From positions 2,542,001-2,606,000 of the forward strand of contig CP089277.1 of NCBI GenBank assembly GCA_023920165.1: 64,000 nt of DNA, written 5' to 3'. The notes beneath the pieces are model-generated. The model worked only from the letters and a program-made list of their open reading frames with translations. It was not told the origin of the DNA and searched no databases. The position numbers and the translations under genes are program-made. Positions 24,963 to 35,828 of this stretch are shown here, piece after piece. The stretch's first letter is position 1; the number at the start of each line of letters is the position of its first letter. This DNA is from Curvularia clavata (lineage: Eukaryota).

Positions 24963-25237
24963 GCCGAGCTGCCGGTCGTTGCTGGGCGGCACCTCACAAC
25001 GGCCAGACCTTTTTCGTCTTGACACGACTCCACCGCTGCTATACCAAGCCTGTTCATCACTCGTGCAGCGCTCAAGCATCCATTGCGATCATCTGTGAAG
25101 AGCTTTTTGGTGCCTTATTGCCAACCTGTCCCTCTCCGACTTCGCCACTCGCAGTTTCCCCATCAACAAACTGCGTAAACAATAACTTCCTTTCCTACAC
25201 CGCTTCCACATCGCCGCCACAACCAGTGCCGCCAAAC

Positions 25238-26294
25238 ATGTCTCAACCCAAGACTTCTTCGAAGAGTTCCTCAAAGTCCAAGTCTTCAAAGAGCGATTCA
25301 TCCAAGGTCCACAAGCTTGCTTTGAAGGGATCCTCCAAGATCGTCAACGAATTCGTAAGTCTGCCAAGCCATGAAAGAAGCCGTGCGCTTATCCAGATTA
25401 GTTCGAGTATTCTATCAACACCATACTGTAAGCAGCGTCATTGACATGGAGCCCGGTATCGTCTGTTGGCTAAATTTTCATAGCTTCCAACGCGGTGTCT
25501 ACCCCGCTGAAGACTTCACTGCGTAAGTAGCTGCCACATTACAAAGTGTAAATCACCAATTAACCGGGTGCAGAGTCAAGAAATATGGTTTAACAATGAT
25601 GGGTAATTGCGCCATATACTCACCTTGCTAAAGTCTTGCTGATGTGTGTAGTGACCGCTGATGACCAGGTGAAGGCCTACATCAAGAAAATCATGGGTCA
25701 ACTAAAGGAGTGGATGTATGGTGGCAAAATCTCGAAGCTTGTTGTTGTCATCACAAGCAAGGAAACCGGAGAGCATGTCGAGCGATGGCAATTTGATGTA
25801 TGTGAAGTAATGTGACTTCTTACCTTGCCTTCTCACAGCGTTTAGGTTCAAATTTTTGGTAAAGGATCCAAGTCGAAATCCTCAAAGAAGACTACCGACC
25901 AGGAGAACGCCGCTCCGGAGTAAGTTCAGAAAATTTCCCTGATTGTATATACTGAATGTTTGTAGGGCCAGTGATACACCCGAAGAGAAGACCGAGGCAG
26001 AAATTCAATCGGAAATCCAGTCCATCTTCAGGCAGATCACGGCCTCCGTGACTTTTCTGCCTATGCTGGATGGCAACTGCACTTTCAATGTCCTTGTTTA
26101 TGCCGACGCTGATTCCGAGGTGCCACTTGAGTGGGGCGACAGTGATGCGAAAGAGATCAAGAATGGGGAGAAAGTGCAGCTTCGAAGCTTCAGCACTAGC
26201 AACCATCGTGTTGACACATTGGTGAGCTACAGGTGAGTCACCCCAAGATTGCATGACCTGTATAGTCCGCTGATTTATTAGGCTGGCGGACTAG
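25238..26294 (+). CDS. MAD2: Spindle assembly checkpoint HORMA protein Mad2; exons 25238-25354, 25402-25427, 25484-25522, 25574-25602, 25652-25797, 25846-25919, 25966-26232, 26282-26294
   Basis: Spliced translation gives LKGSSKIVNEF|FEYSINTIL|FQRGVYPAEDFTA|VKKYGLTMM|V..ERWQFD|..IFRQITASVTFLP..QLRSFSTSNHRVDTLVSYR|LAD. All seven introns are GT-AG. Confidence 0.95.
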
Positions 26295-27298
26295 CGTATT
26301 CGCGCCATACTTCCTGCTGAAGCTTTTTTCCGATTCTCCATTTCTTTCATTGTTTCGGCTGGGCGCATGGTGTATCAACAAAACAATTTTCAGTTGGCTA
26401 TCTATTCCAGGGTTGCTGGATTACTTCACCAATGGCATAATTGACCAATAGAAATGTGCCCTTTACTCTGCGACAACCAATGTGTACGTGGGATCTGACA
26501 TCCGACTGACTGCCCTACACGGCGGCTCTTTCGTGATTACTTCGCTACCAGAACTCGTAAGAACTTTTTTCATGGTTCCTTGGTGTCCTCCTGAATATGT
26601 TTGGGTAATTTTAGTATTGCAAGTTTGAAGATAGGTCAACCCATACGTCACGCTAACGCGGAACAACGATTTCAATACAAGAAAAGAGAAATGTTCCGTT
26701 CTCAGGATCAATCACAGCACGGAGATATTGAAAGCGCCAATCAAACTGCCATCAGAGGCTGACAGCGAGTAGTCTACACACCTGAAAAGATGTCATTAGC
26801 AGTTTCACATTTATCAAATACTGGCCGTGCAGCACACGTCATGATATCTGTTTTCAAACAGTTCTCTGAGGTTCTGGCCTGGAGTATCCGCAAAGCCGCT
26901 GTCTGACCGTTCAACCCGTTCTTGGGTTCTGCTTCGGCGAAACTATTGTGTCCAGGCTCCATGGCCCATCAGTGTCATACGTCAATGCTATATTGAACCC
27001 ACCCGGCGTCTTGGACTTTCTATGTGATCCAGCAAACCTCGATTTGGTACTGGAATTGGTCCACTCAATGATGCTATGAAGTGACATATCATGATGTAGG
27101 CTCACTCCACTTTTCGCAGGTTTGGGGTTGCATCATGATGTTGAACATGCTTTTAAGTTATCTTCTTGCCCTCTTCACTTAGATTAATAGCTCGAAGTTT
27201 CCTCTAGTTGCTCTTTGGAATCAGGAGCTTGCTCACATCTTGCCCCGGAAACGCCCCTTAGCAATCAAGTTCACTCACCACAGGCCATTCAAGAAAGA

Positions 27299-30200
27299 AT
27301 GGGTTTTGGAGTGAGACTTCCAGGTGGTTCCCACGCTCAAAATTCCACAGAAGATAATGAGGAACCTCCACCACTGAACCCTCTCGCCCCCAAGCCTAGA
27401 ACCAGCCCTAGCAATGCTTCTGCCGGATCCAGATCAAGACCTGCGAGCTTCACACCTCTGCAGCTTGGAGGAATAAATTCGCCGAGCTCCAGTTCCATTG
27501 CCGGTTCTGATCCCAGTTCTACCTCTATCGGAACAGATCCTGTGCGGGATGTCAAAGCTGAGATATTGGCTAACTGGCTACACACGAAGCAGGAGGAACG
27601 AGTATGGACATTTGGCGGGGCGGGGGAAGGAGTATTCATGAAAAGAGCAAAGGGGAGTTATGCATGTGCGCCTCACGGGGTCCAAAGCGACGGCACAGGC
27701 CTCTACCAAGCAGTCACAGAGTTGAACGTCCGCGTAAGTGACTATATACCTCTGTTTGCTGTATTGAAATGCTAATAACCCCAAGTGTGCTATGACTGTC
27801 AACACAAGAGTTATCAAGTACATCCTCGAGCGCACAACGATTCCCTATGTTCAGATTCAGTCCGGCCTCCGTCTTCAAGTGATTCCTGATTTCGAAGCCC
27901 TACCATTTTGCCAAAGGGGACAATCGGCTGCGTTCATCGCCTCTCGCGGCATGCTGGTGGTATGGCAAGATGACCCAAAGTTATTGCTCGAACGATCCGA
28001 ATTCATCATCAACGCCTTGATGAGGATGATGTGTGGATCTGAGTATGGTTATGACGCACAGGACATCGAACTAGAGAAGGTCCTTGGCAAGAATCCTATG
28101 GTAGACGTCGAAGAATATGATGAGGTTTTTGACCCTACAGGTGGCAGAGATGAGGGACCGCGAGATGTCAAGATTTGGCAATCAGCTTACTGCGGATTAT
28201 CCATATTGCTACTCACAACCGCCATTGGATCCGGATGGAGGCAAATTGCGATTGAAGAGGTCCAGGCTTACGACATGCTCCGAATGCTTTTCTTGGTCTG
28301 CTTACCAGCCCAAGTCTGGCTCTCATTGGTATGTTCTCTCTCTCTCTCTCTCTCAAACACACAAGGCAAGACAGAAGGCTAATGACACCAGTTCTTCTTT
28401 CAAGCTGTAGTCGGCAATGTGGCACAAATCTTCGGCCCCACTGATCAGATGAACGAAAACAGCCGTTACTATTCGGGGAAGGCGCCCAAACGCATTCATC
28501 GTGACACTTTTGGGGCACCACTTCCGCACGTCACTATTCAAATGCCTGTCTTCAAAGAGGGTCTGCGCACCGTAATCGAGCCCACTGTTCGTTCACTGAA
28601 GCAAGCAATCTCTACCTATGAGCTTCAAGGAGGGAGTGCAAACATTTTCATCAACGACGACGGCAGTAAGTGGGCCTCGTCTTGAGCAAACGTATGACTC
28701 GTGCTCACATCATACAGTGCAGCTGATTTCAGCTGAGGACGCTCAAGATCGCCAAGAGTTCTACGACGAACACGGCATTGGTTGGGTGGCTCGACCAAGA
28801 CACGACCCCAAGGGCGAGCATGGAGTGAGGCCCTTCGTCCGTCCTGGAAAGTTCAAGAAGGCTTCCAATATGAACTACGGACTTCGCATCAGTTGCAGGG
28901 TAGAAGAGTTGCTAAACCAGACTCGGCGTGGAGAGGGCTGGAGCCAACTAGACGAAAACATTGCCTACAAGCACGCTATGGAGACTGCTATGGCTGAACA
29001 TGCGGGCGAAGCCTGGGCCGACGGAAACATTCGCATCGGCGACTACATCCTACTAGTTGACTCGGATACCCGGGTGCCCAAGGACTGCCTTCTTGAGGCT
29101 GTAAGCGAGATGGAACAGAGTTCCGAAGTAGCGATCCTGCAGTACTCTTCCGGGGTCATGAACGTCACCAATAACTTCTTTGAGAAGGGAATCACCTTTT
29201 TCACAAACATGATCTATACCATGATCCGATTCGCCGTTGCCGGTGGCGATGTAGCACCCTTCGTAGGACACAATGCCATTCTGAGGTGGTCAGCGGTTCA
29301 GAAGATTGCTTATCAATTCAGGGAGGAGGATGGCACAACATACGACAAGTTCTGGTCTGAGGAGACTGTTTCTGAAGATTTTGATATGAGTCTAAGGCTT
29401 CAAAGTGCTAATTACATAATTCGTCTAGCATCATACAAGGGCGATGGTTTCAAGGAGGGTGTCTCCATTACGGTCTACGACGAGCTCGCTCGATGGGAAA
29501 AGTGCGTTCTGCTCTCGGTACCTGCAGATTGACATCACACTAACGCTCAAATCTCAGGTATGCTTACGGTTGTAACGAGCTCATCTTCAATCCCTTCATC
29601 AAATGGTTTACCAAGGGCCCATTCACCAAACTGTTCCGATCGTTCCTTCGGTAAGTTCAGAAGCCGTTCAAACCCCTAAGCGTCCATTCAGCTAACAATA
29701 TACATCTCAGCTCAAATATTCCACTTGCATCCAAGATCACCATCATGGCCTACATTGGTACTTACTATGCTCTCGGATGCTCGTGGATCCTTACCATGCT
29801 CAATTACTTCCTGATTGGGTTCTTCAATGGATGGCTCGATCACTACTACATCAATTCTTTCCGCGGTAAGTTTACCTCCGCCAACCTCATTATGCACGCA
29901 CTGACATTACACAGTCTACTTCGCCATCGTCCTTGTTTTCACCGTCCTTGGCAACATCTCGCTCGCCGTCCTCCGCTACCGCATCGGCGAAGGCCCCATC
30001 ATGGGCGGCTTTCTCACCAACCTTAAGTGGATCCCCCTGCTAACCATCTTCCTCGGCGGTATCTCCCTACACATCTCGCAGGCCCTGCTGTGTCATTTCC
30101 TCAGCATCCCGCTGGAATGGGGCTCCACGTCCAAAGAATCTGAGCACGTTTCTTTCTTTGTCGCGATAAGCAAGGTGCTTAGGCGTTTCAAATGGAGCTT

Positions 30201-30369
30201 CATGTTCTGCTTTGGCATGACGGCGGTCATGATAACCATGGCGTTTGTGCTGCCGGAGGACTGGCAGATCAGGACGCTGATTGCGGTGTGGCCAATGGGC
30301 ACGATTGTTGTCAGCCACTTCTTGCTGCCGATTGTGCTGAATCCGCAGTTGATGACTTTTACATGGTAG
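27299..30369 (+). CDS. Membrane-integral family 2 glycosyltransferase (Glyco_trans_2_3-like); exons 27299-27733, 27786-28328, 28392-28665, 28718-29501, 29558-29650, 29711-29865, 29915-30369
   Basis: Motifs are TIQMPVFKE, INDDG, KKASNMN, LLVDSD, FVGHNA, SEDF and ELARWEKYAYG, with N- and C-terminal hydrophobic TM segments. Introns are canonical. Confidence 0.88.
28335..28354 (+). repeat. (TC)10 microsatellite in GT2 intron 2
   Basis: tctctctctctctctctctc is seen directly, just after the GTATGT donor. Confidence 0.9.
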
Positions 30370-30699
30370 AGGGGCAGCGCTAAAGGGACATGTGGGCAAG
30401 TAATGGTAAGGAGATGTTACAATTTGGGGTGGCATGAATGTAAAGGTTGGCAGCAGTGAGATATCACTCTCTCCGTGCCAAGCCAACTTCATTCAGCGCT
30501 TTGCGTGTGAGTTCTAGAAGTTTTCATTTGTCGTTGTGTTCGTACTGCAATAATAGAGTCCATGTCCATATAGGGCATGGCATAGTAATCGTAATAATGA
30601 TAGAACTATAACTTAATCATGACTCTTTTCCTTTTTCCTCTCTTCAAACTTTCTCAGGTATGGCTATTTTACCAGGCAGTAAATGCTCATCATAAGTCT

Positions 30700-32130
30700 T
30701 TAGCCACACCATGTAACAAACTTCTCCACCACAAACTCATCTAACCCCCACCTTCCATTCATCCTGCCAAACCCGCTTCCTTTAACGCCACCCTGACTTC
30801 CTGTCGGACTCGTGTACACACTAATCGTATTCGCATGTACCTGCCCATACTCTAACTCCCTGCTCATTCTGAGGAAACGCGCCATGTCGCGCGTCCAGAC
30901 CGTAGCATTGAGGCCATAGGACGAGCGATTCGCCAAGTTGATAGCCTCTTCATCGGACTTGACTACATACAGCGAAGCCGAGGGACCAAAAGTTTCTTCA
31001 TCGAAGATTCTGCTGCTGTCGGAAGGGCTGAGCACCAAGGTAGGCGGAAGCACCGCCTCAGAACCACTGGCAGCATTAGAACTTCCGAGAATGACAGTCT
31101 CGCCCCTACTCTCCGCATCACGAATTACTTCCTCCGCATGCTGAGCAATATCTTTCGTCACTGCACTACCTGTCAAATCCTTCTGTACCTTACGCATAGC
31201 CTCAACAAGGTGCGTTTGGAACTCTTTCGCCACGCCTTCGAGCACGATAATACGCTCGGTACTGAAGCAAATCTGCCCATGATTCATCGTCGCGCCGAGT
31301 GCGCACTGCTGTGCCGCAACAGCTAAATCTGCGTCTTCGAGCACAATAGCCGGGCACTTACCGCCGAGCTCCAGCAGCACGGGTTTCAGATAATTTGCTG
31401 CTGTCTTCATGATCTGGCGGCCTACCGCTGCCGAGCCGATGAATTCGATCTTACGGATCGCTTCGTGAGCGATTAGCGTTTCACTGAGTTTCGCGGCGTC
31501 GGAGCGCTGGCATTGCAGCTGGTTCAGTACTCCGGCGGGAGCGCCACTTGTGGTGAAGGCTTGCGTGATGCTGAAGTGCGTCTTGGGACAGAGTTCAGAC
31601 GCTTTGAATACGACGGTGCATCCGACGGCGACGGCGCTGGCGATTCCGCGTGTCGCGAGGATGAGAGCAGCATTCCATGGGGCTATGCATAGGATGGGGC
31701 CGATGGGTTCTTTAAAGACAAATCCGGTTGTGTTGGGCTTTTCGGTGGGCGGAATCACGCCTGTCACGCTGCTGACTTGCGCGGCTATCTCGCGCAGGTA
31801 GGATACCGAGAGATTGACGTTCTGGCGGGCCCAGGCCTCAGTACAGGAGGTTTCAGAGATTTGGACGGCGATGAGGTCGGCGGCGTGGGCTTCGTAGTAG
31901 GCGGCTACACGCAGAATCAGGTCGCGCCGGGTGGTGTGGGGTGTTGTGCGCCATGATTTGAAGGCTGTCCAGGAGGACGACGCAGCCCGGGTGGCGTCTT
32001 CAATGGAGGCGGATGAGGCGTGATGAGCGATGCTGTCAGACGAGGCCTGGGTTATGGGAAATGTGGTGTTTGTGTGTACGGCTTCGTTTTCTATCCATAA
32101 CGGAACTGTCGACTCTGCAGTAATTGACAT
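30700..32130 (-). CDS. NAD(P)-dependent aldehyde dehydrogenase (salicylaldehyde/vanillin dehydrogenase-like), 476 aa
   Basis: Motifs are IAPWNA, FKASE, FIGSAAVG, LELGGK (catalytic Glu), GQICFSTE (catalytic Cys), EETFGP and GGVKGSGFGR. The subfamily call is by recall. Confidence 0.92.
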   Translation of the reverse strand: MSITAESTVPLWIENEAVHTNTTFPITQASSDSIAHHASSASIEDATRAASSSWTAFKSWRTTPHTTRRDLILRVAAYYEAHAADLIAVQISETSCTEAWARQNVNLSVSYLREIAAQVSSVTGVIPPTEKPNTTGFVFKEPIGPILCIAPWNAALILATRGIASAVAVGCTVVFKASELCPKTHFSITQAFTTSGAPAGVLNQLQCQRSDAAKLSETLIAHEAIRKIEFIGSAAVGRQIMKTAANYLKPVLLELGGKCPAIVLEDADLAVAAQQCALGATMNHGQICFSTERIIVLEGVAKEFQTHLVEAMRKVQKDLTGSAVTKDIAQHAEEVIRDAESRGETVILGSSNAASGSEAVLPPTLVLSPSDSSRIFDEETFGPSASLYVVKSDEEAINLANRSSYGLNATVWTRDMARFLRMSRELEYGQVHANTISVYTSPTGSQGGVKGSGFGRMNGRWGLDEFVVEKFVTWCG

Positions 32131-32763
32131 GGTGATTTGATTGGTGCTAGTCGTGAATTTCCCCTACTCCTTATGTTGTTTTCGCTGCAGCCTTGTACAG
32201 CTATGTCCTCGTGCGGCTCTGGATACAGGAATATGACATGAGGCCAGCTACAATTTTCCGCTTAAAGTGGCGTCGTACGAGTTGATTCTACCGCTGGCCT
32301 CTTCGGCATTGACGTCGATCATCCGTCGGCAGATGTCGAGCAGGTAAGGCCGCGGCACTGCAAGCATATCTGCACGTGACTCCGCCATGATATGTGTTTG
32401 TTCTAACAGCATGAATGTCGATCTCGGAGCTCGCTCAACCCACTCATGGACCGGCTGCGCGTCATGCATGAGCGAGTACGCGGCCAGAATTGTGGTGGTC
32501 AGCCACTTCATACCAGCGAGATCGGAGTTACCTAAACTCCACCCCGGTGGAATCAAACCCACACCTGATGCCATATCGCGAATGATGGTGCAAAAGAAAG
32601 CCCCGAGTTTTCGATTATTAGGAACACTCTAAATGAGTGTTCAATAGAAATACACCTGTACGGGAGAGCATGTAATTCCAGTTAAGTACTAGAAGATGAG
32701 AAAGTAGACCAGATTCATAGAGGTATCTAACGAAAAAAACAATACACATATTCGCAACAGATA

Positions 32764-34593
32764 TCAAACATCCATCTTCTTCTCAATATCCGCCCCCTCT
32801 TCTTCAAGCCTCAACCGCTCAGCCCTCTCAGCAGCTCTCTTCTTCTTGTTCTCCAACTTTTCTCGATCTTCTCTCATCTGTCTGATCAATGTGCTCTTTT
32901 CCCTAATCTTATGGCCATAGAGATAGAAAATCACTGGAATAGGAATCATGGCAAATTCAATCAGTGACAGCATAGTGGCGCTCCAATGCGGGCCGAGAGT
33001 CTTATACATCTGGGGACCAGCCAACGGAAGGGCGCCGCCCATGGCTGAGCGGAGCACTGCATTTCCAGCGAGTGCGGAGGCGGCATAGATGCCGTAAGAG
33101 TGGACGAGATAATTCGAGGCATAGATGAAGACACCACAATTGCCAGCGCCGAAAGGAACTCCTGCAAGGATAGGAAAGATCCAGTGGACATTAGGCGTGC
33201 ACGTCCTGAGAACCCGTTAGTCACAGGCTCGTGACATGATCGAGACTACTTACCATGCAAAGATCATCTCGCCGACTGGACAGCATACTGCAGCGATGAC
33301 GACAACGCTTACCATTGCTTCCGGATACGGCTTACCTGTTGCGGGGTCCTTCTTGTGATTGTTAATCATGCGCCGAATAAGCGGCTCCGATGCTATCACT
33401 ATTATGCCGCCAATGCCAATGCCCATGTAACCAAGTCCGACTAGTCCAGGCGACCAGCCTCGCAGCTCGCCAAAAACGATTGGATACGAAACGAAGCAGA
33501 GATACAGAACCCCGTAGACTAGTGCAATGTAGACATCCCAAAAGATGCAAATGGGTTCGTTGAAGGCCATGCTGAAGGGACGGTAGAGGTTCTCTTTCAG
33601 TAACGGCCAAAAGGACTTCTTGTCATCGTAGCGCGAGTGGTATCGAGGATCGGACGTCTCCTTGCGTTTCTTGGCCGACTTCGCGCGAAGGATGGCTGGC
33701 GCATATGTTTCTTTGACCAAAAACAGCATGAACCACGATGCGGCAGCACCAATTGCAACGATCCAGTTTGTCCATCGCCAGCCCAGAGCCTGGAAAACGA
33801 AGCCTCCGACTAATGGACCAATAACAGGGCCATTCATAGGGCCAAGGGACCAGATGGAGAAGGCCAACGCACGATATTCTTCACTGGCAATGTCGGAGAC
33901 AGTTCCAGGGGCGTTGGAGATCATGGCCGCTCCAGCAATGGCACCAAAGAAGCGTAAGACAAGAATCTGGGGCAAATTGTTTGAGAGGGCACACGGGATT
34001 ACGAGAATACCAAAAACGGCGACGGAAATCATGTATACAGGCCTCCTACCGTACATTTCGCTGAGCGGCGCGAGAAGCAAGGATCCAACAGCGAGACCCA
34101 GCAGGTAGGTTGTGATGCCCAAGATAACGGGAGTCTTGGAGTGTATGCCAAATGTCTCCATCATACCAGGTATGCCGCTTGTATAGCTCGTCGAATACAT
34201 GACGACGACCAAGGTAGAGTAGCTTGTGAAGAAGACAACGAGGGCCTTTTTCGCCATGGACCAGTCTTGTGGGTTTTCGCCGTCATCGTCGAAGTCGACT
34301 TCGAAGCGTGGGTCTTGGGTCGCGTTGGTGGTGACAGCCGCAATGACGTCGTTCTTATCCCCAGGCCAAGAGTGACCAGTGTTTCTGCTCAAGGTATGGT
34401 GTATGGATTGACGGTCATCTGCTACTGAAGCAATCGAGGCGGATCGCGTTGACAACGAGGATTCCGAGGCATCTTCTTCCTCTACGTGGGGCTTGTCCGA
34501 GGTATGCGACTGGGACGAAGGCAACGTGCCGTTTTCCGGGATTGAAGAAGTGTTGGCGACAGAGATGTCCTTGTCAAAGTCCCTGTTAGACAT
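32764..34593 (-). CDS. MFS drug:H+ antiporter, DHA1 (12-TM) family; exons 34593-33254, 33205-32764
   Basis: Motifs are ENPQDWSMAKK, APLSEMYGRRPVY, GWRWTNW, KETYAPAIL and YAASALAGNAVLRS. There is a 48-nt GTAAGT..CTAAC..CAG intron. Confidence 0.92.
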
Positions 34594-35828
34594 GACTCTG
34601 GTGGAGGCGCTGACAGAAGCGCACAATCGACGGTACGAAAAGATGCGGCGAATGCGAGCGCACAAAAAAGTACATTGGGCAATGGGTGCGAGATATGCCA
34701 ATTCCTAGATTGCGCCATGGACTAGACGGGCTAGCTGTGAACGCCTTATAGCAAGGGCGCCTTGCCGTCTTCATCGTGGCGGTTTCCAATCAACGGGAAT
34801 AACGGCGATAGCATGAACGGTACCGAGGGCGACCAATGCAGCCGAGGCGGGCGTGACTCAAGGATAGATCAATTAGGGTGGATCCTGCAATGGAGGACAA
34901 AGCGAAGGGCGAGGCCAAGGGCGGGCAGGTGACGGATCCGAGCCTTGGAAAAGCTTCGCCATCTGACATGGTGTGATGCATTGACGATGCCATTGGTAAT
35001 TGGCGACTGTAGGATTTGCAAAGTACGGGAAGCGTGATGCGTCCTAATGAACGCCCCGTGGAGGTTGTGAAGCTAGGCAGATGAGGGGAACTCGAGGCGG
35101 GTAAACACCGGGCCGCACCTAGACCCTTTTTCAGCCTCGCCAATGTCGCGACTACATGGACCAACATCTCCAATACACTCGCCATTGACCTAGGCGCCCA
35201 TCAACGCATTTGTCCTGACTTACTAAGAGAGCTTTGTGATAGTTTCCGTGATCTCACACTAAACGCCGTCTTTCAATGCTACGACCATCCTCATACGGTC
35301 TTGGCATTCACTCATCATCTATGTGTCTCCTACTTCACCTTCATCTCATGCCGACCTATTTTTGCTTAAGAACGTTCTTTCTTCTGGTTTCTGCGGCTAT
35401 GTCTCGCTTCAACGCGTACATGAAAATCGAGTTTCTAATGTGCTTCTTGCTTCAGGCCGGCGCTGCACGAGTAACAAACGGCCATGTCAATGCTGCATCT
35501 TCCCTTCCACATGCATACTGCCAACAAATATAGTGGCTGCAGTCTTCCGTCTCTGGAAAACTTGCGCCAGACTTCGCCTTTCATTATGCCACCAGTGGAC
35601 AAGGCTGTCCGTTTGCACTTCATAACCGCCCACCTGCAAGGCTGATCACATCTCATCTTCACTGTAACCTAAACTGAGGTCTTGGCAAGGCACTGTGCCT
35701 CATGGCGAAGCCGCTGCTAGCACCACGCCGATACATCACTCCCAAACAGCCTCACAACAATCTTCTTCATTCTACAACTCCCGTTTACCCCTACTTCTAC
35801 CAATTGCACTGCTCACTCCTGCATAACC

